Source: an uncultured Phycisphaerales bacterium (GTDB lineage Bacteria; Planctomycetota; B15-G4). From it: a stretch of DNA of 64,000 nt. How positions within the stretch are numbered: the stretch's first letter is position 1; every line of letters starts with the position of its first letter. The position numbers and the translations under genes are program-made. The notes under the pieces are model-generated. The model made no database searches. It saw only the letters and a program-made list of their open reading frames with translations, and was not told where the DNA came from. Of the stretch, positions 36,852 through 45,578 are shown one piece after another. The DNA lies in assembly GCA_964490005.1 (NCBI GenBank), contig CAZBBB010000002.1, positions 7,299-71,298 on the forward strand. Direction: 5' to 3'.

Positions 36852-38384
36852 GTGAACGGCTCGCTGCGCGCCCTGCTGGCGGGCCTCGCCGCCGCCGTGT
36901 CGATCTTCGTGATCACGCTGTCGCTGCCGGCCGCGTCGATCGCGCAGGGCGCGGCGCTGGTGCTGTTCGCCCTCGTCGCCAACGCCTGGATCGTGGCCGT
37001 GGCCGAACGCGTCCGCCCGCTGCAGGGCAGTCACCGCCTGCCGCGCTTCCCGCTCGGGCCGCGCCTGCTCAAGGCCTACCCGGGGCTCGGCACGCAGTTC
37101 CTGGCCTTCGTGGTCGTGCTCGGCGTGGCGGCCGGCTCGCCGGCGATCTTCGGCTGGACGCTGCTCATCGTGACGGTGGTCTGCATCGACGTGCTGCGGC
37201 GCATGGCCTGGTACGTCGTGCCGGCCGTCGCCGTGATCCACACGCTGCTCAACATGCCCGAGTTCCACACGCTCGGCGACCTCGTGCAGGACGCGCACGG
37301 CTGGCTCGTCGGCCTGGTCTGGTTCGTCGTGCAGGCCTTCGCCGTCTGCGGCTCGCTGCTGCGCACCGACGTCGGCGCGCCGCTGCCCCTCGTGACGCGG
37401 GCGGTCGCCGCGCTCGCGTCGCTGCCCGGCTACGGCGCGGCCTTCTGGATCGTGTCCTCGCTGCCCGTCTTCGCCGGACGCCCCGAGCTGGAGTCCTTCG
37501 TGATCGTGCTGCTGCTCGGCGGCATCCTGCAGTCGGTGCTGCTCTCGGTCGCGGCCAGCGTGCTCTCGATCCGCGACCGCTCGGCCGACGGCCTGCCGGC
37601 GGCGAGCGCGCGCGCGGTGGGTATGGCGCTGCTGCCGCTGCTGCTGCCGGCGCTGCTCGCGGGCCTGGCCCTGCTCGCGCGCGACCTGCCCGGCGACCTT
37701 CTGCCGTCGCTGCCCGTCGAGGGCCTGGCCCTGTTCGCGCTGCTGCTCATCGCGCCCGCCGTCCCGGCCGGCGTGCTCGTCGGCGCCGGCCTCGACGCGC
37801 TCGACCGGCGGCGCTCGGCGGGCCTCGCGACGGCGGGCGCGCTGGCCGCCCTCGGGGCGTGGTTCGTCTTCGGCCCGGCCGCGCTCGGCGCGCTCTACGC
37901 GCCCGGCGGCGTGGGCGACGGCCTGCGCGCGGCCTTCCCGATGCCGGGCGGCGCCGAACCGCTCGTCGCCGAGACGCTGGCCTTCGCCGACCGCTTCGCC
38001 TTCGGAATGCCGGGCGGCGAGCTGGCCCTCTGGCAGCTCCCCGCCGCCGACCTGTGCCGCGCGACCACGCTCTTCGTCGGGCTGCTCGGCCTGTTCTGCG
38101 CGCGCGCCCTGCGCCACGCGCGGCCCCTGCAGGTCTCCGTCGGCTGGACGAGCCACCTCTCGCTGCTCGCCGCGAGCCTCGGCGGCGCGTGGCTCCTGCT
38201 GCCGCGCCTGGGACTGCTCGCGCTGCCGCTGTGCGCGGCCACGGCCTGCGCGCTGCTGCTGCTGCGCGACGCCTTCCGCCGGGAGATCCTCCCGCCCAAG
38301 CTGCCGGAGGTCGCCGTCGACGAACAGGTCTTCACGCGCGAGCAGCTCGCGGCGCCGGCCAAGGCGCGCGAGATCGTGACCTGA
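36852..38384 (+). CDS. Polytopic membrane protein of unknown function. Last gene of the GT operon; a polymerase- or ligase-like role is possible but unsupported.
   Basis: About 510 aa, almost entirely hydrophobic helices (VSIFVITLSLPAASIAQGAALVLFALVANAWIVAV ...). I recognise no motif. The start is a guess (GTG at 36852, in frame with track ORF 36249..38384). Confidence 0.55.
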   Translation: MNGSLRALLAGLAAAVSIFVITLSLPAASIAQGAALVLFALVANAWIVAVAERVRPLQGSHRLPRFPLGPRLLKAYPGLGTQFLAFVVVLGVAAGSPAIFGWTLLIVTVVCIDVLRRMAWYVVPAVAVIHTLLNMPEFHTLGDLVQDAHGWLVGLVWFVVQAFAVCGSLLRTDVGAPLPLVTRAVAALASLPGYGAAFWIVSSLPVFAGRPELESFVIVLLLGGILQSVLLSVAASVLSIRDRSADGLPAASARAVGMALLPLLLPALLAGLALLARDLPGDLLPSLPVEGLALFALLLIAPAVPAGVLVGAGLDALDRRRSAGLATAGALAALGAWFVFGPAALGALYAPGGVGDGLRAAFPMPGGAEPLVAETLAFADRFAFGMPGGELALWQLPAADLCRATTLFVGLLGLFCARALRHARPLQVSVGWTSHLSLLAASLGGAWLLLPRLGLLALPLCAATACALLLLRDAFRREILPPKLPEVAVDEQVFTREQLAAPAKAREIVT

Positions 38385-38395
38385 GCGCGGCGCGG

Positions 38396-38468
38396 GGCGG
38401 TGTGCTGCGGGGTCTCCTCGCTCCGCCCCCCGAAAGGCTGCCGCTCGGAGACCCCGCAGCACACCGCC
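38396..38468 (+). repeat. E1 hairpin element, copy c (opposite orientation on the plus strand to copies a and b).
   Basis: Perfect 22-bp arms ggcggtgtgctgcggggtctcc / ggagaccccgcagcacaccgcc surround tcgctccgccccccgaaaggctgccgctc. That centre is the reverse complement of the E1a/b centre except for 2 positions. The element starts 12 nt after the stop of the membrane-protein gene. Confidence 0.75.
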
Positions 38469-38554
38469 TGGATGCGTCGGGGGCGGGCGCGGCGCACCAA
38501 CCCGCTCGCTCAGCTCCGTGCTACGCTCCTCGGCGCTTCGGCGAGGTTGCTGCT

Positions 38555-41500
38555 ATGGGTTGCCCTGCCCGTGTGCCGTGGTTGGCCGTGGTCTTCACGG
38601 CGCTGTTGTTGCTCTTGCCCGTCGGCGCGCAATCGGATCCCGACCCGGCCGCGCTTGCCGCGCCGTCCTTCGGCAGGTCGCGCGGCGCCGACGTGCCAAG
38701 CCGACTGCCCGAGGGGCTCTCCGCGCTGGACTGGTTGGCGATCGTGGCGGTGCGCGATACGGCGGTACACGCGGTCGTCGCGACGGACACGGGTCACGAG
38801 GCGCGCAACCCCGGCCAGCGCTGGACCACGAGCTTCGACGGCAGCGGATTCACCGTCGTGCCCGATCACGGCGAATGGACCTGGGGCTTGGGGCTCGTGA
38901 GTTGGGGCATCGCAGGTGCCGAGTCGCGCGTCGCGGGCCCGTCGGCTCAGGTGCGCGTGGATGGCTCGCGCGTCGAGTACGCGTGGAGCGACGCGTTGAC
39001 GGAGTGGTTCGTCAACGACGGGCGGGGTCTGGAGCACGGCTACACGGTGCATGGGCCGCCGTGCGAGGCCACCGCCGGCGGTCCGCTCGTCTTTCGGCTG
39101 GCGCCGCGTGGGCCGCTGCGGCCGCGCGTTGCGGACGACGGGCTCGGCGCCGCGTTCGTCGACGCCACGGGCGCGACCGCCCTGCACTATGACGGGCTGC
39201 TCGTTCACGACGCCGATGGGCGGACCGTCGAGGCACGCATGGTCGACGATGGCGCGTCGCTGAGCCTGCTCGTCGAGGTCGGCACGGCGCGCTACCCGCT
39301 CACGATCGACCCGATCGCACAGCAGGCATATCTAAAGGCCTCGAACACGGGCGCGGCCGACTGGTTCGGCTTTTCGGTTGCGGTCTCGGGAGACACCGTC
39401 GTGGTCGGGGCGCGCGGCGAGGCCAGCGCGGCGACGGGCGTGAACGGCAACCAGGCCGACAACAGCGCAGGTCAATCCGGCGCGGCCTACGTCTTCGTGC
39501 GCAGCGGAGCGAGCTGGAGCCAACAGGCCTATTTGAAGGCCTCGAACACGAATGCGGGCGACTCGTTCGGCACCTCGGTTGCGATCTCGGGCGACACCGT
39601 CGTGGTCGGGGTGCCCAACGAGGACAGCGCGGCGACGGGCGTGAACGGCAACCAGGCCGACAACAGCGCAGGTAGCGCCGGAGCGGCTTACGTCTTCGTG
39701 CGCAGCGGAACGAGCTGGAGCCAGCAGGCCTATCTGAAGGCCTCGAACACGGGTGCGGGCGACCGATTCGGATCTTCTGTTGCGGTCTCGGGTGACACCG
39801 TCGTGGTCGGGGTGCCCAACGAGGACAGCGCGGCGACGGGCGTGAATGGCAACCAGGCTGACAACAGCGCACCTTTGGCCGGCGCGGCTTACGTCTTCGT
39901 GCGAGGCGGAACGAGCTGGAGCCAACAGGCCTACCTCAAGGCCTCGAACACGAACGAAGCTGACTTGTTTGGCGATTCGATTGCGATCTCGGGCGACACG
40001 GTAGTGGTCGGGGCGTTCGGCGAGGACAGCGCGGCGACGGGCGTGAATGGCAACCAAGCTGACGACAGCGCAACTGGTGCCGGCGCGGCCTACGTCTTCG
40101 TGCGCAGCGGAGCAAGTTGGAGCCAGCAGGCGTACCTGAAGGCCTCGAACACGAACGAACTCGTCGAATTCTCTAGGTCGGTTGCGATCTCGGGCGACAC
40201 CGTCGTGGTCTCGGCGTACCTCGAGGGCAGCGCTGCGACGGGTGTGAACGGCAACCAGTTCGACAACAGCCTTGCTGATGCCGGCGCGGCTTACGTCTTC
40301 GTGCGCAGCGGATCGAGCTGGAGCCAACAGGCATACTTGAAGGCCTCGAACACGAATGCGACCGACTACTTCGGCTGGTCGGTTGCGATCTCTGGCGACA
40401 CGGTGGTCGTCGGGGCGTTCGGCGAGAGTAGCGCGGCGACGGGAGTGAACGGCAATCAGTCCGACAACAGCGCAACTGATGCCGGTGCGGCCTACGTCTT
40501 CGTGCGCAGCGGAACGCGCTGGAGCCAACAGGCCTACTTGAAGGCCGCGAACACGAATGCGACCGACTACTTCGGCTGGTCGGCAGCGATCTCGGGCGAC
40601 ACCGTCGTGGTCGGGTCGTGGCGCGAGGCGAGCTCGGCGACGGGCGTGAACGGCAACCAGTCCGACAACAGCACCTTCGCTGCCGGCGCGGCCTACGTCT
40701 TCGATCTCGACGCCGCGCCGCAGGCCGCGCTGTGCCTCGACGTCACCGCGCCGATCGCGAAGGTCTGGACGGCCGGCACGTCGCCGACGCCGGCCGAGGT
40801 GCTGCGCAAGGTGATCAACTGCGGCGCGGCGGGCACGACGCTGCAGTGGTTGGTCACGGAGTCGCCGAGCGTGGGGTGGTTGAGCGTCACGCCTTCATCC
40901 GGTTCGGTCAGCAGTGCCAGCACCGGCACGCAGGTCTCGATCCAGTTCCACACGGCGGGTTTGACGCCGGGGCTGAAGTCGACCACGCTGATCTTCAAGA
41001 ACAGCAAGAACGCGGCCAACTTCATCAGCGTGCCCGTCTCGCTGGACGTGCTCGCGCAGCCGGCACCGGACCTCGCGCTGAGCGACACCACCAAGGTCTC
41101 GGCGGCGTTTCAGTTCTTCGGGCCGCCACCGACTCCGATCCAGCGCAAGGTGCTCAACGTTGGCGGAGCCGGCACGCTGCTGAACTGGAGCACGAGCATC
41201 AGCCCGCCGTCGGCCGGCAACTGGCTGCAACTCGTGCAGCCGGCCGGCAGCACGTCGGCCGGGCCGGCGGGTACCGACGTGTTCTTCACCTTCGACGCCA
41301 CGCAGCTCGATGCGGGCACGTACGCCGCTGCGGTCACGTTCCAGAACCAGGCCGACCCGTCCGACGCGCAGGTGGTCGAGGTCGTCCTCGGCGTGAGCGA
41401 GCCGCCCCCCGGCGTCGGCACCAACGCGCTCGTCTTCGGCGGCCTGACGCTCCACGCCTCCAAGATCGACTTCGATCCGCCAAGCCACTACGTGCTCTCG

Positions 41501-44500
41501 GGCGACGTGACGATCGACGACTTCATCGCCGTGGGCGGCACGGCGAACGTCGATACGGCCGCCAAGACGCTGCACACGAACGGCTCCTTGTTCCTGCTCA
41601 CGGCTGCCGGGACGGTTCCGCTGCTGCAGGGCAACATCGCGTTGGCCGAGAACTCGGCACAACTCACGGTGCTGCCGGGCCCGGGGCTCCAGCACAAGCT
41701 GTCCGTCGGCGGGCTGTCGATCGCGATCGACAAGCTCACCGTCGTGCTCGCGCCGGCCAAGGGCATCGGCATCGGCGGAACGGTGACGCTGCCCCCCGCG
41801 ATGGGCGGAATCAAGGCCAGCATCAACAACCTGTCGTGGAGCGAGGCGACGAACGCCTTCCAGCTCCAGGGGCAAGTCACCATTCCGAACGTGCCCATTC
41901 CGCCGACGGGGTGGTCGGTGACGCCGCTGCTGCTGGGCTTCGATACGGTCGCGCAGAACTACTCGGTGAGCGGAACCTTCAAGAGCGGCGCGCCGCCCTT
42001 CAGCGTCGTGGCCGGCGGCTCGATCGTCGCCGGACAGATCCAGTCGCTCGGCGCCACCTACAGCGGCCCGGTGATTCCGATCGCCGCCAACGCCGGCATC
42101 GACAGCCTCGGTGCCTCCGTGAGCGGGCTCGCGGCGCCTCCGATCGTGCTGCAGGGCAGCGTCGGCCTGGTGACGCAGCCATCCATTCCGATTCCGTCGA
42201 ACGCCATCAACGTTCTCGATGTCGATGCCGGGCTCGAACTGACCGCCGCGGCGGCCTGGGCCATGAAACTGAATGGCGGGGCGACGGCGCTGAGGCCCGT
42301 CACGCCCATCGCGGGCAACGTGTTCGGTTGGGCCTACTCCTACGACGGCCTGCCCCTGGCTTCGGCAGCGCTGGTGCTCCAACCCGGGTCGTTCTACGGC
42401 TCGGCCGACCTCAATGTCCTCGACGTGGTGATCGGCAACGCCTGGCTGATGCTGCTTTCCGACGCGCAGACGGGCGGGATCGACCTGGACGGAGCGGTGG
42501 CCGGGGCGCTGCAGATCCCGCCGGGCTGGCCCTTCGGCCCGATCATCCTGGCGTCGCAGCAGATCGACGTCGACAACGACGGGCTCACCGCTTCGGCCTA
42601 CATCGGACCCGTGGCCGTCGTGTTGTCGCTCGGAATCGACGGGAGCATCGCGTTCGGCGAGACCGGAGGGAGTACCGACGCGGCCGATGGCGGCGGGCTC
42701 GAGGTGCCGCCCGGCACGTCGGCCGTCCTGATCGGCGCGCGCGCCGACGGAGGCGAGTTGTCGTCCATCGACCTGATCGCGCCGGGCGGAATGAGTTGGT
42801 CGCCCGCCACGGCGCCGGCCTTCATCCCCGACCTGGGATCGACGCGCCAGACGGTCATGTATCTGGGATCCGTGGGCGGCGACGACGCACTGTGGTACGC
42901 GGTGCAGAATCCTGCGCCCGGCTCATGGGATGTCGAGGCACCGGCGGGCACGGGAGCCTTCGAGAAGCTCCTCGTGAGGGGCAATGCGCGGCCGAGGCTC
43001 GACGTGAGCGGCCCGGCGCAGGACGTGCTCGGCACCAACGTCAGCGTGAGCTGGGACGCGCACGACAGCGACGACGATGCCGAGATCCGCTTCCTGCTTG
43101 ACGGCCGGGGCAACGCACCCGTGGGTGTGCCCGTCGGGCCGAGGCTGCTGGAGTCGGACGGCCCTGGCGCGACGACGCTCGACCTGACCGGTATCCCGGC
43201 CGGCGAGTACCGAGTGGTCGTGGTGGTCGACGACGGCCACGGTGCGTCGGTGAGAGCGGCTGCTCCCGGTCATGTGACCGTCGTTCCTCCCGGCGCCCTG
43301 CCGTCGCCGACCGGGCTGAACGTGACTCCCGAGCCTGACGGTCGGCTGCGCGCGCGGTGGAACCCCGTCGCGGGCTCGGAGGGCTATCGCGTCGAGTGGC
43401 GGCCCGAGCGCGAGGAGGCGGATCCCGATTTCTCCGTGCTGTCCGGTTCCGGCAGCACCGAGGCGCTGCTCGATGTCGCGCCGGGTCGCGGCTGGACCGT
43501 GCGCGTGTCGGCCTTCAGCGGTGCCGGCGAGCCGGGACTGCCGAGCGAGGGCGTGACGGCGCGTGCCGGTTTGTCCGGGGTCAACGACGCGCCGGTGCCC
43601 GTCGGGCCTGTGCGACTCGTCGCGCGGGAGGGCACGCCATTCGCTGCGCCGCTGTACGCGGAAGACGCCGAGGGCGATCCGTTGACTTGGCAACTCGCGT
43701 CGGGTCCGGCCGGCATGTCGCTCGACGCTGCGAGCGGCTTGCTGACATGGCTGCCATCCGATCAGGTCACCGGGCTGGTGCCGTTCGAGGTGCTCGTCAC
43801 GGACGGGCAGGGCGGCGAGGTGGTCCGGGCGATGGAGTTGCTCGTCGTTCCGCGCTTCACGCCGGGGCAGATGCCGGTGCACTCGGGCCGCCCGGCGCTG
43901 ACGGCGACGCCCGGAGTGCCGTACGTGGCCGATCTTCGAGCATTCGATCCGGACGGCGAGAGCGTGACGCACTTGCTGGAGACGAGTCCGAATGGCATGG
44001 CGGTCGGCGCGGTGAGCGGCCTGCTCACTTGGCTTCCGACCGCGGCCGATGTCGGCACGCACGTCGTTTCCGTCGTGGCGGTCGACGAGTCCGGAGAGAG
44101 CAGTCGACTGCGCTTCCGGATCGGAGTCGAGTCCGGGCAGACGACGGGATTCTCGTTGGGCGAAGCGCTGGCCATCGAGGTGGCGCCGAGCGGCATGTAC
44201 GGTGCGACGTTCGCAGGAGCGAAGGGTGCGACCGCGCGCTTCATCACGACGGATGTGGTCGGGCTGCAGCCGGTGCTGCGCATCCTTGGGCCGGACGGAA
44301 CCGTGTTGCATGACGGTCCCGCGCAGCCCGGTGTTGCCGGGGGCGCCGTCACGCCGTTCGGGCGTCGGGCCAAGACGGTCGTCGTGCCGATCGTCGCGAC
44401 CGGCCTGCATCGGCTGGAGTTGCGCGATGCAACGGGAAGCGCGGGGTCCTGCACGATCCACACGGCCGCCGGGCCGCCGCCGAAGACCGTTCAGACTCTG

Positions 44501-44794
44501 GAGCTCGTCGCGGGCGCTTCGGGGCGCTTCAGCTTCGACGGCGCGCCCGGCATGCGCATCCGGCGGGCCGTCGTGAAGGACGGCGGGGCCGGAACGCTCG
44601 CTCCCGACGTGTCCATCGTCGGCCCGTCGGGATTGCCGCTGGACCTGGGTTTCCACACGGAGGTCGCCGCTTCCGGCGACCTCGTCTCGATCGAGGACGT
44701 GCCGCTTGCGCTACTCGGGCAGTACCAGTTCAGAGTTGTTCAAACGGCCGGGTTGCCGGCCTCGGCCGTGGTAACGATCGAGTACGGCTGGTAG
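38555..44794 (+). CDS. Giant secreted adhesin-like protein (2079 aa): signal peptide, seven-bladed FG-GAP_2-type propeller, several Ig/BACON-like domains, cadherin-like/He_PIG-type Ig repeats and an FN3-like domain.
   Basis: Start at Met233 of the track ORF (MGCPARVPWLAVVFTALLLLLPVGAQS). Seven QQAYLKASNT...FG.SVAISGDTVVVGA...SAATGVNGNQ.DNS...GAAYVF blades. Later motifs: PLTWQLASGPAGMSLDAASGLLTWLP and SPNGMAVGAVSGLLTWLP. Confidence 0.85.
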   Translation: MGCPARVPWLAVVFTALLLLLPVGAQSDPDPAALAAPSFGRSRGADVPSRLPEGLSALDWLAIVAVRDTAVHAVVATDTGHEARNPGQRWTTSFDGSGFTVVPDHGEWTWGLGLVSWGIAGAESRVAGPSAQVRVDGSRVEYAWSDALTEWFVNDGRGLEHGYTVHGPPCEATAGGPLVFRLAPRGPLRPRVADDGLGAAFVDATGATALHYDGLLVHDADGRTVEARMVDDGASLSLLVEVGTARYPLTIDPIAQQAYLKASNTGAADWFGFSVAVSGDTVVVGARGEASAATGVNGNQADNSAGQSGAAYVFVRSGASWSQQAYLKASNTNAGDSFGTSVAISGDTVVVGVPNEDSAATGVNGNQADNSAGSAGAAYVFVRSGTSWSQQAYLKASNTGAGDRFGSSVAVSGDTVVVGVPNEDSAATGVNGNQADNSAPLAGAAYVFVRGGTSWSQQAYLKASNTNEADLFGDSIAISGDTVVVGAFGEDSAATGVNGNQADDSATGAGAAYVFVRSGASWSQQAYLKASNTNELVEFSRSVAISGDTVVVSAYLEGSAATGVNGNQFDNSLADAGAAYVFVRSGSSWSQQAYLKASNTNATDYFGWSVAISGDTVVVGAFGESSAATGVNGNQSDNSATDAGAAYVFVRSGTRWSQQAYLKAANTNATDYFGWSAAISGDTVVVGSWREASSATGVNGNQSDNSTFAAGAAYVFDLDAAPQAALCLDVTAPIAKVWTAGTSPTPAEVLRKVINCGAAGTTLQWLVTESPSVGWLSVTPSSGSVSSASTGTQVSIQFHTAGLTPGLKSTTLIFKNSKNAANFISVPVSLDVLAQPAPDLALSDTTKVSAAFQFFGPPPTPIQRKVLNVGGAGTLLNWSTSISPPSAGNWLQLVQPAGSTSAGPAGTDVFFTFDATQLDAGTYAAAVTFQNQADPSDAQVVEVVLGVSEPPPGVGTNALVFGGLTLHASKIDFDPPSHYVLSGDVTIDDFIAVGGTANVDTAAKTLHTNGSLFLLTAAGTVPLLQGNIALAENSAQLTVLPGPGLQHKLSVGGLSIAIDKLTVVLAPAKGIGIGGTVTLPPAMGGIKASINNLSWSEATNAFQLQGQVTIPNVPIPPTGWSVTPLLLGFDTVAQNYSVSGTFKSGAPPFSVVAGGSIVAGQIQSLGATYSGPVIPIAANAGIDSLGASVSGLAAPPIVLQGSVGLVTQPSIPIPSNAINVLDVDAGLELTAAAAWAMKLNGGATALRPVTPIAGNVFGWAYSYDGLPLASAALVLQPGSFYGSADLNVLDVVIGNAWLMLLSDAQTGGIDLDGAVAGALQIPPGWPFGPIILASQQIDVDNDGLTASAYIGPVAVVLSLGIDGSIAFGETGGSTDAADGGGLEVPPGTSAVLIGARADGGELSSIDLIAPGGMSWSPATAPAFIPDLGSTRQTVMYLGSVGGDDALWYAVQNPAPGSWDVEAPAGTGAFEKLLVRGNARPRLDVSGPAQDVLGTNVSVSWDAHDSDDDAEIRFLLDGRGNAPVGVPVGPRLLESDGPGATTLDLTGIPAGEYRVVVVVDDGHGASVRAAAPGHVTVVPPGALPSPTGLNVTPEPDGRLRARWNPVAGSEGYRVEWRPEREEADPDFSVLSGSGSTEALLDVAPGRGWTVRVSAFSGAGEPGLPSEGVTARAGLSGVNDAPVPVGPVRLVAREGTPFAAPLYAEDAEGDPLTWQLASGPAGMSLDAASGLLTWLPSDQVTGLVPFEVLVTDGQGGEVVRAMELLVVPRFTPGQMPVHSGRPALTATPGVPYVADLRAFDPDGESVTHLLETSPNGMAVGAVSGLLTWLPTAADVGTHVVSVVAVDESGESSRLRFRIGVESGQTTGFSLGEALAIEVAPSGMYGATFAGAKGATARFITTDVVGLQPVLRILGPDGTVLHDGPAQPGVAGGAVTPFGRRAKTVVVPIVATGLHRLELRDATGSAGSCTIHTAAGPPPKTVQTLELVAGASGRFSFDGAPGMRIRRAVVKDGGAGTLAPDVSIVGPSGLPLDLGFHTEVAASGDLVSIEDVPLALLGQYQFRVVQTAGLPASAVVTIEYGW
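39320..40726 (+). repeat. Seven tandem 201-bp coding repeats (67 aa each) inside the giant protein gene.
   Basis: The AAGGCCTCGAACACG landmark recurs at an exact 201-bp period (about 39335, 39536, 39737, 39938, 40139, 40340, 40541). Protein blades are mostly identical to one another. Confidence 0.85.
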
Positions 44795-44849
44795 CGGGTC
44801 CAGGCGCCGTCGTTATGATCGTCGGCTCCCCCGCGACGGAGAACCGACG

Positions 44850-45506
44850 ATGACCGAGCACGCCACGCACGCCGCTCCCCTGCGCCTCGGTGACAAGGCG
44901 CCCGACTTCGAGGCCAACTCGACGCACGGGCCGCTCAAGTTCTCCGAGTTCGCCGACGGCCACTGGGTCATCCTGTTCAGCCACCCGGCCGACTTCACGC
45001 CGGTCTGCACGACCGAGTTCGTGGGCTTCGCGAGCAAGGCCGCCGACTTCGCCAAGCGCGGCGTCAAGCTCATCGGCAACTCGATCGACAGCGTCTACGC
45101 GCACATCGCGTGGGTGCGCGACATCGAGAAGAACCACGCCGTGAAGATCCCCTTTCCGGTGATCGCCGACCTCGACCAGAAGGTCGCGCGGCTCTACGGC
45201 ATGGTGCACGAGCCGATGGCCGTGACGGCGACGGTGCGCTGCGTGTTCATCATCGACCCCAAGCGCACGCTGCGCGCGATGATCTACTACCCGCTCTCGA
45301 CCGGCCGCAGCGTGGACGAGATCCTGCGCGTCATCGACGCGCTGCAGACGACCGACGAGAAGGGGCTGGCGACGCCGCAGGGTTGGAAGCCCGGCGACGA
45401 CTGCATCGTGCCGCCGCCCGCCACGCAGTCCGACGCCGAGAAGCGCGTGGCCGACAAGAGCCTCAAGGTCACCGACTGGTACTTCAGCAAGAAGGCGGCG
45501 ACGTAA
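44850..45506 (+). CDS. 1-Cys peroxiredoxin (Prx6 type).
   Basis: WVILFSHPADFTPVCTTEF active-site motif; 218 aa. Confidence 0.9.
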   Translation: MTEHATHAAPLRLGDKAPDFEANSTHGPLKFSEFADGHWVILFSHPADFTPVCTTEFVGFASKAADFAKRGVKLIGNSIDSVYAHIAWVRDIEKNHAVKIPFPVIADLDQKVARLYGMVHEPMAVTATVRCVFIIDPKRTLRAMIYYPLSTGRSVDEILRVIDALQTTDEKGLATPQGWKPGDDCIVPPPATQSDAEKRVADKSLKVTDWYFSKKAAT

Positions 45507-45578
45507 CGGGGGGTCGCCGCTGGCTTGCGCCCGAGCCGGGGCTAGACTTGCGGCCCTCCCTCCCCGAGAGCCCTCCGC

